From the human T2T-CHM13v2.0 reference genome, Homo sapiens: a DNA stretch of 64,000 bases. A model generated the notes under the pieces. It ran no database searches. It saw only the letters and a program-made list of their open reading frames with translations, and was not told where the DNA came from. Location of the stretch: assembly GCF_009914755.1 (NCBI RefSeq), contig NC_060926.1; one strand, written 5' to 3'. The stretch's first letter is position 1. Every line of letters starts with the position of its first letter. Shown in pieces: positions 40,193-56,268 of this stretch. A program made the position numbers and the translations under genes.

Positions 40193-40720
40193 TATTCATT
40201 CATTCATTCATACAAATGCAGAGGCCTGCCTTTATCAGCCCTCCATTCTGGGCCAGGACTTGTATTAGACATAGGAAATAAAATGAGTGGTTGGATGCGG
40301 TCTCTGTTTAGAATCCAGTGAGGGAGATGAAAGTGAAAACAAAAAATCGCCACATGATTGAATTTCACAGTCACTTTTCAGCACCCATGACAAGCTTTGT
40401 ATGAGGTTCCTGGCTATGAAGGTGAGAAGGGCCTGACAGCCACTTTCTGGGCACAGTCTGGACTTGTGCTGGAGACTATAGTTAAGGTTGGTCCTGTGTG
40501 CTCTGAGAACTTGGGGAAGGAGTTGGCACTCCTGGAGGGAGGGCGATGGGCTCCACTTTTCAGAGGAGATGACATCTAGGCCAGATCTTAAAAGGGGAGT
40601 GGGAGGTTACAGAGAGGATGGATGGCTGGGGAGGGCATTTCAGACTGAGGGACAAGCCATGCAAAGGTACCGAGGCACACACAGGGGCTGTGAAGTTGCT
40701 GGGCTCCCAAAAGCCCTGCA
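40193..40720 (-). mobile_element. L2 3' region, antisense
   Basis: (ATTC)n terminus, then GAGGAGATGACATCTAGGCCAGATCTTAAAAGG and GGCATTTCAGACTGAGGGACAAGCCATGCAAAGG. Confidence 0.75.
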
Positions 40721-42024
40721 GGGAGCTGGGTGGGCTCACAGGGTTGAATCCTGAGCCAGTGGTACATGGACTCACCTGAGCCATCCCTGAGGGTGGAGGC
40801 TTCAGGAATGGTAGAGGTTCCTCTTAAAAAAGGTGGTAGGCAAGGCACAGGAAGAACAGAACTCGCCTTCCCTCAACCCTCCCCGCATGCTCCTGGTGTT
40901 TCCTGGCGCATGCTAGTGAGCACACCTGCATTCTAAACCCGGAGCTGACCCAAGCTGGAACACGCCCCATGAACCTTCACACCCTGGCTCTGCCGCAATA
41001 TCTGCCACAGACTTTGAGCTTCGTAAATGCTTGTTGACCATGAATTGAAAACTGGACACCTTTCCATTCTCATGGAGGGCAGATCTTCTGGCGAGTCCTG
41101 AGTCACTTTAAGGGAAGGAAATACACTATGGGAACAAAAGCTCGCCGTGCAAATTGAAGTGCTGTAGGGAATGGCTATCTGGAAATTAGGCTCTGAGGAT
41201 TCAGAAGAGAATTCCTTCTCCATCCGGCATGGCCTGTATTATCAGGGGTCCTTGTTCTATCAACACTTATTCGTTGAAAAGTTAAAGCCTGGAGAAAATT
41301 AAGCAAGATCTTTCAAGTTTTCAAAGTCACTCGGCGCCAATATTCAAAGGCATCAAGTGCCTGGCATTTCATAGCTGTGGAATTAAACAAATGTAATTTG
41401 CACATCCTCTACAAGTTTTCATAATGAAACGTAACTTTAAATATTACAGTCCCCAGAAAGATCCCAGCATTGCTACATATAATAAATTAGATAAAAGCAT
41501 CCTGGATGTCTCATTAATTTTTATCTACCTGAGAGACAAGATTTCTTTTGACATGTCTAAAGGAATTCAGTTAATGCCGTTTGCATCTCAGCTGCCTCTG
41601 ATGGATTCCAAGAGTGGGCTTCATTCTGACTTGAGTTTCAGGGTTCTCAGATTGTCTTTAAGATGTGGAGGTATCTCAGGGAAGTAAGAAAAGATATTAA
41701 ATTATAACCAGAATTCTGAAGCTGTAGGGCAGTATCAGGACTGGAAGGAGGGCAGGGTGTGTGGCTCCTCTTGACTCCACAGGCTGCTGGAGCTGCATTC
41801 CTAACCCTTCCATTTTGTGACAGGCAGAGCGGGGTTCAGTTCTTGGCAGCCCAGATTCTGGTTAGAATTTTAATGGTCATCAATTATGTGTTTTATGAGT
41901 GCATACCTGCCCATCCCAAGGTATATCTGAAGTACTATTTCCAGAGAAGCAGTGTCATCTGGGGTGCTACCCATGGATCTGGGGGCCCAGAAGGTTATGG
42001 TTTCAGTTTCTCTTCATACTAAGT

Positions 42025-42522
42025 GAGTTTGACTGATCACATTCATGGACTCCTGGCATCTGTATGTGTGGCCATGAGACTCTATAGTCCCCTCCCTCTC
42101 ACTGTGGGCCTGATCAGTGGCAAGAATGACAAAAGCAAAGTCTTGACAAAGTGCATATGCATTTCACTCTCTCACTTCCCTGTCATTGCTATTAAAAACA
42201 AAAACCAACAACAAAAAGAAAACCCACCGAGGCCCTCCCCTAGAGAATGTGCCTGGGCTGGCCCACTAAAGGGAAGTGGGAGACATGCATGTCTGAGCAG
42301 CTCGTGGGGAGGGGCCACGCTGGCCCAGCTGAGGTCCATCTGGACTGGCCTGCAGCCAACTGACCCTCAGATATGTGAGCGAGCCCAGCCAAAAGCAGTA
42401 GAGGTGTCTATCCCACCTGCAAGAGTACAGACCCCTGCACCAGCCAACATCTACAGGTGAGGTGGAGTCAGTACTTACGGTAGTTTGATGGTGGGGTTAA
42501 TTACAGTCATAGCCAATGGGAA
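42025..42522 (+). mobile_element. MaLR solo LTR (MLT1H-like)
   Basis: GAGAATGTGCCTGGGCTGGCC...CCCAGCTGAGGTCCATCTGGAC...CAGCCAACTGACCCTCAGATATGTGAGCGAGCCCAGCCAA. Confidence 0.7.
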
Positions 42523-42573
42523 ACTCACTGAAAATTTGAGCAAATCACATGAAAGCAGTGAGCTCCTAAGTGG

Positions 42574-42634
42574 ATGCATGCACACACCCACACTCGTGCA
42601 CGCATGTGCATGCACACGCACACACACACACACA
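42574..42634. repeat. Alternating purine-pyrimidine (CA/TG/CG) tract
   Basis: ATGCATGCACACACCCACACTCGTGCACGCATGTGCATGCACACGCACACACACACACACA. Confidence 0.85.
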
Positions 42635-43304
42635 GCTTCTCTTTGGGTTGCTGTGAGTGCCAAGTTAATGTACTTGGCACTGAGTAGGTTTCCTGCAAAT
42701 GAATTCTCTCCACCTGTTGCCCTGTAGTCACATTCTCATAGGACTTTTCTTATTTTTCTCCTCTTCAACTAGTTCTCCATTCGCTATCTGATAAAATTCA
42801 GATTTACTAATGTGCTGTTCAAAAGATTCTGCCCTATGTCATTTTCTCTGTTTCCACAATAGAGAAATAGACTCCTCAACATTAGGTGGGCAGGGCCAAG
42901 TTAAAGTGTAGGGGAAGCTGATCAATGGAATTTCAGCCAAGGGTCAGTGGACAGTGAAAGCAAAGTGTGCAGCCACCTAAGTGAGCAAGCCTCAATATCA
43001 AAACTTATTACTTGGAGAAAGCAGGCCAGGGGATTGGCAAGGGGGCAAATACAATGGATATTAAGGCAAGTGCTCAACTAGCAGATATGCTGGAGAATCA
43101 ACTCACTGAGAAGATATGGGAAATAAATAAATAAGGACCTGTACCTTCTGGCTTGGTGTTTGGGGACCCAAAGGGAGCATTGTAGTAGACAGGTTTAAAA
43201 TGAGACAGTAGACCAGTGTTGGAGCCTTACCTCCCTCCTCATGTTCTTAACCATTCGAACAAGGAACAAAAGGCACAGAGCTTTTTTTAAAAAAATGTAA
43301 AATT

Positions 43305-43632
<328 letters not shown>

Positions 43633-46283
43633 TCATACTAAATATGAGAGTAGTGAAAGTTCTTAAGAAATAGCCACCCTATCACCTTTGTTACATTTTT
43701 TCAAAAAATTTTTATTTTGAAATAAATATAATTTTACAAGAGAGTGCAAAAGAATGTCCAGAGAGATCTTAGGTACCCTTCGCCCAGACTCTCGCAATGT
43801 TAACATCTTGCAAAACTATAGCACAATATCCCAACCAGGAAATTAACATGATGCAACCATCGAGCTTATTCAGATTTCACCAGTTATATGCATTTGTGTT
43901 TATGTAGCTCAATGCCATTTTATCAAATGTGAAGCTTTGTGTAATCACTATCACAATCAGTGTACTTAACTGTAAAATCAGCACAACACTCCCTCATGCT
44001 ATCCTACATAGCCACACGCACCCTGCCCCTTCACACTAACCCCTTGACAACCACTACTCTGCTGTTCATATCTGCAACTTTGTTGTTTCATGAACGTCCT
44101 ATATAAGGAATCTTGCAATGAGTATTATTTTAAGATTAGTTTTTCTCTCCCTTAACATACCTTTTATGAGGTTTATCCACATAGTTGTGTGTGTCAATAT
44201 TTTGCTCCCTTTTTTGCTGAGTGACATTTCATGGTAGAGGTGTACTATTAATACAATAAATTTAACTATTCATCTACTGAATAGTTAATACCAAAAATGG
44301 TATTTAGGTAGTTTCCAGTTTGGGGCTATTTACAGATAAAGCTGTTATTAATATTCATATATAAGTTTCTGCCTGAAAATAACTTTTTATTTCTCTAGGA
44401 TATATGCCAAGAGAGCAATTGTGGGATATTATGGAAAGCTCATTTTTAATTTTGAAAGAAACTTATAAACTCTTTTCCAGAGTGGTTTTACTATTTTACA
44501 TTCCCACCAGTAATGTATGAGAGATCCAGTTTCTCTGCATCCTCACCAGCACTTAGTGTTATTGATTTTTTTATTTTAGCCATTCTGGTTGTATGTATTA
44601 ACACCTCATTTTAGTTTTAATTTGCATTTATCTAATGGCTAATGATGTTAAACATATTTTCATCTGCCTATGTGGCATCTATATAATCTCTTCAGTGAAA
44701 TGCCTGTACATTTCTTTGCCCATTTGCTTTTGAATTACTTGTGTTTTACTACTGAGTTTGAGAGGGATTTTTAAATATATTCTAGACATGAGTCATTTCT
44801 TGTATATGTAATTGGCAAATATTTTCTTCCAGTCTGTAATTTGTAACAGGGTCTTCCAGAGTCAGTTTTTAATTTTGATGAGGTTCAATTTAGTTTTCCT
44901 CTTATGTATTGTGCATTTGGCTTCAGGCTTAATATCGTCTCCTATATTTTATTCTAAAAGTTTTACAGGTTTCTGTTTTACATTTAAGCATGGTGATACA
45001 TTTTGTTTTAATTTTCGTATAAGATATGAAGTTTAGCTCATAATTCCTTTTTTTGCCTGTGGATATCCAGTCACCCTAGCAACAGTTATTAAAAAGGTCA
45101 TCCCTCCTCAACCGAGTTGTTTTTGTTCCTTTGCCAAAAATTAATGGGACATGTTTGTATGGATCTTCTTCTGGACTTTCTGTTCTGTCTCACTGATCTG
45201 TATCTGTTCCTCTGCCAGCACCACAGTGTCTTGATTATTGTAGCTATACAGCAAGTCTTAACATCAGGAGAGCAATTTTCACTTTACCTCTTTTAGCTGT
45301 GTTCTGGATATTTAGAGTGTTTCCCTTTCCATATAAATTTTAAAGCATGCTTGTCTATATCCTCAAAGTGCCTTGCTAGAATTTTGATAGAAATTGTGTT
45401 AAACCTACATATATCAATGTAAGGAGAATTGCTTTCTGTATGATAAGTCTTCCAACTCTGGGGCATTGTGTGTTCCATGAAGTACTTAGGTCTTTGGTTT
45501 CTGTCATCAGCATTTTGTAATTTTCATCACACAAATCCTGTACATGTTTTATCCTGTTTATACCTCAGTATTTCATTTTTTGAGAAAGTATTGCATTTGA
45601 TATGCATTTTCATTTTTTTTATTGTCAGTATATAAAAATGGAATTGTGTTTTGCATGTTTACCTCATATCTTGTGACCTTGCTGAACTCACTTATTAGTT
45701 CTGGGAGATTCATTGTTGTTGATATTGTAAAATTCCTTAGTATATTCTATGTAGGCAATCGTGTTGTCTGCAAATCAAGAATGTTTTATTTCATCTCTTC
45801 CATTTTATATGCTGTTTATTTCTTTCCTATGACTTACTTTGATGGCAAAATCTTCTAGAACCATGTTTAATCTGCATGTTGAGACAGCACATCCTCTCCC
45901 CTTCCCAATATTAAAGAAACAGCATTCAGTATTTTACTATCAAGTATAATGGTATAGCTGTAGATTTCTCCAAGTGCTCTGAGCTTGAGAAAAAGTTTCC
46001 TCTGTTCCTAGTGTAATCAGACTTTTTATCATGACTGAATTTGAGTTTTGTTAAATTGTTTTTCCACATCAATTGATATGGCTACATTTTTTTTCTTTAC
46101 CCTGTGAATATGATCAATTATATACATATATTTTAAAATATTGAACTAGTCTTGCATATCTGGAATATAGTCCACTGGTAGAAGGTACAGGACTATATAC
46201 ATGTTGATGGGTAAGGTATGGTAAAATTTTACTAAGGATTTTTGCATCTATAGTCTTGAGAGATATTGTTCTCCAGGGGTTGG

Positions 46284-46354
46284 GTGTGTGTGCTTGTGTG
46301 TGTGTGTGTGCACCGGTGCCTGAGTGTGTGCATTCATGTGTGTGTGTTTGTGTG
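46284..46354. repeat. Imperfect (TG)n microsatellite inside L1
   Basis: Interrupted GT runs. Confidence 0.9.
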
Positions 46355-47492
46355 CTGTTTGTCTTGGTAACAGGATAATTCTGACCACATAAAATGAGTT
46401 TGGAAGGGTTCAATTCCCTTTCATTTTCTAGAATAGGTGGTAGAAAATAATGCTAATTCTTTTAAATGATTGGTAACATTCTGCGGGGAGACCATCTGGA
46501 CCTGAAGACTTAGAAGACAGGGGTAATTACAAATTCAATTAGTGTGATGGTTATAAAACCATTCAAGTTATCTTTTTCATATTGACTGAGTTTAGGTAAT
46601 CTGTGGAGTTTCTTTATTAATTGGTCCTTATCTTCTAAGTTGTCTAGTTTGTAAGCTAGAATTTGTTCATAGTATTCACTTATTATCCTTTTGATGTCTA
46701 CAGGATCTGCTGTGATATCTTCTATTTTAATATTAATGTTTTGCTTTTTAAAAAAAAATCTTTGTCAATCTTGTTAAAGTTTTATCAACTTTTTTTGAAA
46801 TTTTAGTACAAACCTTTTTGACTTGTTGATTTTCTCTGCTGTTTTCCTGTTTTCCAAATGTATTCATTTCTGCCTGTCTCTATTTTTTCTTTTCCCCTCC
46901 TTTGAGTTTATTTTGTTCTTCTTTTTCTAGCTTTGAGGTAGAAATGTACATTGTTGACATGAGGTCTTTCTTCTTCTCTAATGTAATTATTCAGTGATAT
47001 ATGTCTCCCTTTCAGCAATGCTTTAGCTGCCTTTCACAGATTTTGATACACTGTGCTTTACTTTAATTTCATTATCTGCATATTTTTTTGAGACTTTCTT
47101 CTGGGAATTCTAGAAGTGTGTTGCTTTTCCGAGTTTTTGGAGTTTTCCTTTAGTGTTTCTGTTTTTTATTTCTAATTTAATTATCTTAATGTTAGAGAAC
47201 TTACTCTATTATTTCAATTTTTTTATATCATTAAGGTCTGTTTTATGACTAGAATATGGTCTGTCTTGGTGAAGGGGCAGTTTAAAAGAATGTGTTCTCC
47301 TGTTATTGGATGGAATGTTCCACAAATATCAATTAGATTTTGATGGCTAAGTGTTGTCCAATTCTTCCATATCCTTGCTGGTTTTCTCTCTAGTAGCTCT
47401 GCAGTTCCTGAGAAGGGAGTGTTGAAGTCTCCAACTATGCATGAAGATTTGTCTACATCTCCTTTCAAGTCTACCAGTGTTTTGTTTCATGA

Positions 47493-47920
<428 letters not shown>

Positions 47921-50829
47921 TAATCTGAAATTTTCTTTATGTAATATTAATATAGACATAACTTTTTTCTTTGATTGTTTACATTATATATCTTCTTCCC
48001 TCATTTTACTTTCAACCTACTTATGACATTATGTTCGAGCCTTGAGTTTCTTGTATATAGCATATGGCTGGGTTGTGTTTATTTCATCCACTCTGACAAT
48101 CTCCTTTTAATTGTTGTTTTAGGCCATTTACAAGATATAATTACTGATATCTTAGACATACATTTGCTATTTTATCAATTGCCTTTGTTTAATCCTTATG
48201 TTTCTTTTTTCTTGAGTCTGTTACTAGAACATTTTTGAGAATTTTCTTTTGATTTATTTACAATGATTTTAAGCATGGCTTTTGAATATTTTTCTTAGCA
48301 GTTGTTTTATTTATTGCTATTTACATATGTAAATGATTACAGCCTACTGCTGTCCATGGATTACCATTTTGTGAGAAGTATAGAAACCTGACTTCCATTT
48401 AAGTTCCTTTACTTCACCACTTTTTGCATAAAATTGCCTTGACATTTTTCTACATTGAGCATCATATCAGATATTGTTATAACTTTTGCTACAACCATAA
48501 AACATTATCAAAGAAACTCGTAAGAAGGACAGTCTACTACATTTGCTTCTACTTTTACAAATTCCATTATTCTTTTTTTCCTTTCTGAAGGCCCCAGGCT
48601 TCTCCTTTGTTTTCCCATTTGTTGGTAAATCTTTCTTTAGCTATTTTTAAGGGAAGGTCTGTTAGTAATAAGTCCTTGTACCTTTTCTTCATCTGAGAAT
48701 ATCTTCCCTTAATTCCTAAAGGTTGTTTTCATCAATATAGGATTTTCAATTGACGGTTCATTTTTTTAAAGCACTTGAAAAATGTTGAGGCATTTCCTCT
48801 GGCCTCTGTTGTTTCAGATGAGAAATTTGCTCTCAAATTGTATTCTCCTATGGGAAGTGCATCATTCTTCTGGTTGCTTCAGAAGTTTAAATATGATGTG
48901 CATGGAATGAATTTCTATGAGTTTATCTTACTTTGGGCTCTCTTTGCATCTTGGATCTGTGGGTTTATGTCTGATGCCATATTTGAGGAATTTTGAAATG
49001 TTTTATTTTATCAAATACTTTTCAGGCACAAATTTGTACTTCTCTTCTTCCGCAACTCTGATACAAATGTACATTGTTGCTTTAATTGTCTCACTGACTC
49101 TTTAGACTGTTCAAGTTTTTTCAGTCTACAGTCTCTCTGTTTAGATTGAACAAATACTATTGACCTGTTTTCAAGTTCACTGATTCTATGATCTGTCATC
49201 TTGACTATAATATTTTGTCCATCCAGCCTTTTTTAAAATTATTTTATTTTCAGTTTTATAATTTCACTTGATTTTTATAAAATTTCTGTTTTTGATATTT
49301 TTCTATTTTTTATTTGTTTCAAGAGATTTGTAATTGACTGTTGAAGAATATTTAAGAATCAGCTTTAAAATCCTTGTCAGATGATTTCAACATCTAATGC
49401 ATTTTGGTTGGCACTGTTGGATTGTCTTTCTCATTCCACTTGTGGTATCCTAGTTTTTTTCATAAGTGATTTTTCTATTATATGCAATACATTTTGTCTA
49501 TTGTGTTGGGAGACTCTTGATCCTATTAAGTCTCCTATTTCAGTGGATAGTTGTTCTATTTATTCCCCTCTGCTTCATTCTTTAGGTGTTAGTGCTCCTC
49601 CTCATTCCCTGCTGATGCTAGCTGCAGTTGTGGGAAGCACTTCCCTGGGCCACCTGTTGTCACTGAGTGACATTCTGGGAAAAGGAAAGGCAGAAGCCAC
49701 TGGGCCTGGATCTCCTCATGCCACTGCATGTAGGGCATTCCTGTTGCTTCCACTGTGGGTAGATCAGTTCTCCTTCTAGTGCACTGGTTGAGTAGCATGG
49801 GCTGGGATGACCAGGGCTTTGCTGCTGCCGCTGATGGATTGGACCCCAGGGCATAGGTTATGCAATAAGAGGGGGTGGCTGGGGCAGATCAGACCACCTT
49901 CCAGGGATCCAGGTTGAAGCAGGGGTTGGGGGTCTACACTTGGTCTTGGTTGGACTCCCCCCTTTCCCACCGCTTTGGATGGAGAGGGCAGGCTTTCTTT
50001 TTCTTTGTAGGGAGAGTTAGTGTATCAGGCCTCCCTGACATTCCATCCACAGTTATATGGGAGATAAAAAGAAAACCTCCATGATTCACATCACTGTGGT
50101 GGATCAAGCCCTACGGTCCTTCCTTAGTAAGTTCAATTTCTTTTCCACCTTCAGAACCATCTTATTTTATGTTGTGTAATATCCAAGTATTTATTAGTTG
50201 TATTTACAAGAGAGATGCAGACAAAAATTTGCATCTAGCATAGATGCCAATAAAAATGTACCTATGCCATCTTGTTCTGGAACTGGGCAGGAATATCTTT
50301 TGCCCTTTGTAAAGATAAAAAACATTCAGCCTGGTATGAGAAGTGGGTGGGACTCTCATTTAGTTACTGGACTTAAATAAAAACCCTATGTATTTTCCAT
50401 TTCTCAAGAAAGAGTGAGGGAAAGATTACTTATCTAAAATAATTACCAAAATCTCTACCCAGCCTTGTTTTGCAAAATCTGCAATTAAATAATGATTTTT
50501 TTCCTTGGACTGATACGTGGGTTTTTTCAATTATCCTTCTTTATAATGACTCTACACCTTTTAGTGATTAACATTATGATAAAAATAGTTATTTGGCCAC
50601 TATGGTCACTTCCAGCTGAATTTTGTGAGTTTTAATATAAAGGGGAATGCTAATTCTTTCCAGAAGTCCATATTGGTGGTTCCTGGGAAACAAGAAGACT
50701 AAATAAGGGCACGAATGTCAGAAGCACTAGTGAGAGAAAGACTGTTGGAAGAAGACTACGAAGGCAATAGAGTCTGACTCCAAATTCTCTTGGGCTCCAC
50801 TCTGCTCAAGGTGGGAAGAGGGTCTATCT

Positions 50830-51035
50830 CCAGCCCTAAGGAGCCCCTCAGCATTCCCTACCACATAACCAGCTTTATTTTCTTATTAGGGGATCTTATT
50901 ATCCTGTATTTTGGAATGCATTTATGTGTTTGTGCTCTGTCTCCCTGCATTGGCATAAGCCCTATCGGTGCAGGACCCTTGTCTAACTACTATAACCTTT
51001 GCACCTAGAAGTGGACCTCAAACGTTAGAGCAATG
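50830..51035 (+). mobile_element. L2 3' fragment
   Basis: TGTCTCCCTGCATTGGCATAAGCCCTATCGGTGCAGGACCCTTGTCT...GCACCTAGAA. Confidence 0.5.
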
Positions 51036-52334
51036 AGAGGCATTTAAAATCTCTGGCATCTATAGCTTCAGCAAACATTAAACACAGCCAGTTCCACTGA
51101 AGACGTTAAACACAGCCCAGTTCCTACAAGTATTGATGTGAAATCCCACACTAAAGGCCTGTTTACCTCAGTATCAATTACTCACTATAAGATGTCTGCT
51201 GTCAACAAAAGAATTACAAGTCATGGCAAAGGCAAGAAAAAAAAAGTAGTCTGAGGAGACAATGCAAGCCTCAGAGCCAAACTCAGATGGGACACCCATG
51301 CAGAAACTATCAGGGAATTTAAAACAATTATGATTAATATGTTAAGGGTGCCAATGAAAAAATAATATGCAAGATCAGATACGAAATAGTAGAGAAATGG
51401 AAACTGTAAGAAATAATCTAAAGAAAAATTTTGAAATCAAAATAGCAACAACAAAAATGAAGAATACCTCCAATGGGCTCATCAGTAGACTCAACTGATG
51501 TAAAAAATTAGTAAATTTTAAAAAAGGTTAATGGAAACTTTCCAGCTGTAACACAAGTAAAATACAAAAAGATAAATATAACCCTGTGAAACCCAAGAAC
51601 TGTGGGTGTTACTAAAAGGTGTAACACACATGTAATTGAAATACCAGAAATAGAAAAAGAGAGAACAAACCAGAAGAAATACTTGAAGTAATAATGGCTA
51701 AGGGTTTTCCAGAATTTACAGGCACCAAAACACACATCAAAGAAGATCACGGAACACCAAAGACACGGACAGAACCTTGAATAAAGCCAGGAAAAGAAAA
51801 ATCTCACCTTACTGATACAGAAATAAGAATTACAATGACATCAGACTCCTCTTAAGAAACCATACAAGCAAGAAGAATGTGGGGTGAAATATCTAAAATG
51901 TAGGGTGGAAATACACCATCACAGAATTTTATATCAAGTGAAATTATATTTCAAAAATAAAGGAGAAATAAAGATTTCCTCAAACAGTAACTGTTTCCTC
52001 AAACAGTAACTTTTCAGACAGAGAAAAAATAAATAGGCAGAAACTAGGATCCACCTACAGCAACGAAGAGTATCAGAGAATAATAAGTGAGGGTAAAATA
52101 AAATGTCATTGTTCTTATTCTTCATTGATCTAAAAGCAATATACTTAAAGCTATATAGCTAATATATAGTAGCAGTGATATACTGGATTATTTATAGCAT
52201 AAGAACAGAAATGAATGACAAAAATGGTCCAAGGGAAGGGAGGGGAAATTGTGAATATAAGGTACCTACACTCCATGTTCAGTGGTATAGGGCTATTTGA
52301 AGGTGGACTTTTATGTGTAAAAGTATATACCGCA

Positions 52335-53000
<666 letters not shown>

Positions 53001-54084
53001 TTAAAACAAGAGAAGGCAGAAAAAGAGGAAAAAAATAAAAAGCAAATGCAGCAAATGAAAATAGTTACAAACTAGAAGATCTGAATCTAGCAGCATTGAC
53101 AATCACTTAAAATGTGAATGGTCTAAATAAACCAATTAAAACTCAGAGATTGTCAGAGAGGATTAAAATAGACTAACTATATGTTGACTATAAGAATCTC
53201 ATTTTAAGTATCACAATTCAGGTTAATAATAAACAGATTGAGTGACATATGCCCTGCTAACACCAATCAAGAGAAAACTGCAGTAGCTATATTAATTTAA
53301 GACAAAGCTGACTTCAGAACAAGAAGGATAATCAAAGTTAAAGAGGGGTGTTATTTAATTACAGAGGGGTTAATTCTCTAAGAAAACATAAAAATCCTAA
53401 GTGTTTATGCATCTAATAAAAGCGCATCAAAATATGTGAACAAACCCTGATAGAAGTGAAAGGGGAAACAGACAAATCCACTGTCATACTTGGTTATTTT
53501 AACACCCCGTTGTCTATCAATAACACCCCTCTGTCAATAAGGTATAGATGAACAACACCATGAATAAACTTAATCTACTTGACATTTATAGAGTGGTTTA
53601 CATGCCCACAGCAAAATACTCATTACTGTCAAGCTAATATGAAACTTTCATCAAGATAGACCATATTCTAGGCCATACAAAAACACCAAAGCAAACTTAA
53701 AATAATAGAAGTCATACAAGTGATGTTCTCAGATGACATTGGAAGTAAGTTAGAAATCACCAGTAGAACTATAGCTGGAAAATCCCTCAAATATTTGGAG
53801 ATTAAACAACACACCTCTAAATAACAGTAAATAAGTATAGAAGAAAGGAAATAATAAAAATTAGAGGAAAAGCAATGAAATTGGAGATAAGAAAACAATT
53901 TAAAACAACAACAACAAAATGAAAAGCTAGGTCTTTCAAAAAAAATATCCAATTGAAAATCCTCTTGCCAAGCCAATGAAGAGATAAAGAGCTAAGACAC
54001 GAGCTACTAATATCAGAAATGAAAGAGCTTCACCATGGCTGATCCCATGGCCACTGAAAACACAAAGGGGGACAGATACTATGA

Positions 54085-54398
<314 letters not shown>

Positions 54399-54478
54399 TA
54401 TGCCCACAAATTTTATAACCTAGATAAAATGACCAATTCGTGGGAAGAACAAAACTACTAAAATCCACATCGGGTTAA

Positions 54479-54918
<440 letters not shown>

Positions 54919-55374
54919 TAGCGTTATTGTCCATGTAGAAAACCACCAAGAGTCTACTAAAAACCTCCTAGAAATAAGCAAGTATAACAAGGTTGCAGGA
55001 TACAAGATCAATATGCAATACATAATTGCCTTCCCATATCCCAGTAATGAACAACTGGAATTCAAAACTAAAGAAACATTATCTTTTACAACAGCAACAA
55101 AAATGGAGTACTCAAGTATAAATGCAACAAAATATGCATAGAATCTATATGCAGAACACTACAAAACACTGATCAAATGAACTTAGACATAGACCTAAGA
55201 TCTTGTGCAAAAATGAACTAAAAATGGATCACAGATCTAAAAGTAGTAAGCAAAAGTATAAAACTTCCTTAACAAAACATAGGAAAAAATTCTATATGAC
55301 TTTGGTAATGATTTTTAAAATAAATGCCAAAAGTATTGTCCATGAAATAATAAATGGGCTATGTTATATTAACA

Positions 55375-55825
55375 AATATGCCATGTTAAATGAAATAAGA
55401 CAGGCACAGAAGGACAAATGTTGCATGATATTTGTCTTTCATTCACTCATATGCGGAATCTAAAGAAGTTGATCCCATGGAAGCAGAGGGTCGAATAGTG
55501 GTTACCAGAGGCTGGGGAAGGGTTGGGGAAGGGGCTATTATTAGGGAGAGATTGGCCAATGGGTACAAAGTCACAGTTACAGTTACATAGGGGAGAATAA
55601 TTTCTGGTTCGAATTAGGGTGACTATGGTGAACAATAATGTATTGTATATTTCAAAATAGCTAGAATTTTGAATGTTCTCACCACAAAGAATGATAATGC
55701 ATCAGGTGGTGGATGTGCTAAATACTCTTATTTGATTTTTATGCAATGTATATACGTGTTGAAATATCACACCATACCCCAAAATATATGTAATTATTAA
55801 TGTGACAATAAAAACAAAATAAATA
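55375..55825 (+). mobile_element. L1MA-type 3' end (approximately L1MA6-8)
   Basis: AAATGAAATAAGACAGGCACAGAAGGACAAAT...GAATAGTGGTTACCAGAGGCTGGG...AACAATAATGTATTGTATATTTCAAAATAGCTAGAA...CACCACAAAGAATGATAA. Confidence 0.85.
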
Positions 55826-56091
55826 TAGATAGATAAGTTGAACTTTATTAAAATTAAAAAAAGTATAGTCTCCAAGGACATGGTTGAAAAAAGACAATTA
55901 AGGATGGTGTTGAGAAATGACAAGTAACTTGGAGAAAATACTTAGAAAACATGTATCTGTATAGGATCTGGATAATACTGTATGATACTGTAAAGCTAGA
56001 CACATGGCAACACACATTTGTCAAAACCCATGGAACTGACAACACAGAAACTGGAGCCTAGCACACACACTCTTAAAAAAAGTCATTTAGA

Positions 56092-56268
56092 GCAGGGTGT
56101 GGTATCATGCACTTATAGTCCCAGCTACTTGGGAGGCTGAGGCAGGAGGATGGATTGAACCCAGGAGTTCCAGATTGCAGTGGGCTATGATCACACCTGT
56201 GAATTGTCACTGCACTCCAGCCTGGGCAACAAAGCGAGACCCTGTCTCTAAAATAAAACAAAACAAAA
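56092..56268 (+). mobile_element. FAM (fossil Alu monomer)
   Basis: Single monomer retaining GCTATGATCACACCTGTGAATTGTCACTGCACTCC, i.e. the CCTGTGAATAGCCACTGC segment found in FAM/7SL but absent from FRAM and Alu right arms; flanking CATTTAG repeat. Confidence 0.85.
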
